A DNA stretch of 33,702 bases from an uncultured Candidatus Saccharibacteria bacterium (GTDB taxonomy: Bacteria > Patescibacteriota > Saccharimonadia > Saccharimonadales > CALMSM01). Position numbers and translations under genes: made by a program. This document shows, one piece after another, positions 33,574 to 33,702 of the stretch (its first letter is position 1; each line of letters begins with the position of its first letter). The DNA lies in NCBI GenBank assembly GCA_964534095.1, contig CAZHPF010000001.1:1-33702 (forward strand), in the 5' to 3' direction. The notes beneath the pieces were generated by a model, which saw only the letters and a program-made list of their open reading frames with translations, did no database searches and was not told the DNA's origin.

Positions 33574-33702
33574 GTAACTAATTATACACCCTTTTGGCAG
33601 AAATGCAATGTTTGCATTCAGAGTGGTTGCTAATAATTTTTACTCTCTAGGTGTGTGCGGCCTTGTGCGATTTGAGCAGCACATTCATCGCCTAGGATAG
33701 GT

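Noticed and set aside
1-33702. Searched by eye for CRISPR repeats, tRNA/rRNA-like sequences, IS or transposase or integrase genes, toxin-antitoxin pairs and known defence-system hallmarks.
   Set aside because: None found. The intergenic regions are short (mostly under 150 nt) and are explained by promoters or terminators. The only tandem DNA repeats are the in-frame coding repeats at 27827-28105 and the low-complexity tract at 12742-12945.

Overview
This is a gene-dense bacterial window of about 45 genes, mostly on the minus strand. I see no rRNA, tRNA, CRISPR array, transposase, integrase or prophage signature. All product calls come from reading motifs by eye in the supplied translations; no searches were run.

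Likely source: several traits fit a reduced-genome monoderm, most plausibly a Patescibacteria/CPR (Saccharibacteria-like) organism. These traits are at least ten 4-nt ATGA start/stop overlaps, a 129-aa TsaB, a 488-aa ComEC with no metallo-beta-lactamase domain, secretin-less type IV pilus genes, a sortase, and a lamin-tail-domain surface protein. The lineage is inference, not proof.

Layout, left to right:
1. 138-6062 (-): a seven-gene, translationally coupled MoxR / DUF58 / small membrane protein / VWA / VWA / TPR operon (Bat-like). It ends in a phosphoribosyltransferase homologue with a degenerate active-site loop.
2. 6205-8364: sortase plus an overlapping 37-codon micro-ORF, then tsaB-tsaE, then a gene with an apparently leaderless promoter.
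3. 8361-10503 (-): recA, a Nudix gene and recX.
4. 10593-13311: three secreted proteins. These are a DUF4214 + M15 (VanY-like) peptidoglycan peptidase behind a perfect consensus promoter, a Tat-signal protein with a sortase-like His/Cys/Arg layout, and a poly-Thr/Pro protein.
5. 13434-21967 (+): a type IV pilus assembly block (pilB, pilC, pilM, pilN, pilO and a small PilP-like gene). It is preceded by a membrane protein and a 730-aa secreted beta-rich protein. No pilin, prepilin peptidase, pilT or secretin is present.
6. 21969-33573 (-): a PH-domain membrane protein, then the yebC-ruvC-ruvA-ruvB backbone with insertions at every junction. A lamin-tail-domain protein sits between yebC and ruvC, an SPFH protein between ruvC and ruvA, and GNAT + SDR + SDR between ruvA and ruvB. 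Upstream of these are comEC, DUF1697, HAD and a hypothetical gene.

Most interesting candidate: a surface-anchored protein with two lamin-tail domains and four CxxGxxRNPxTNRCR repeats lies one gene from comEC. It sits inside a roughly 23-kb cluster of pilus, comEC, recA and ruvCAB genes, and I propose it as an undescribed extracellular DNA-capture component.
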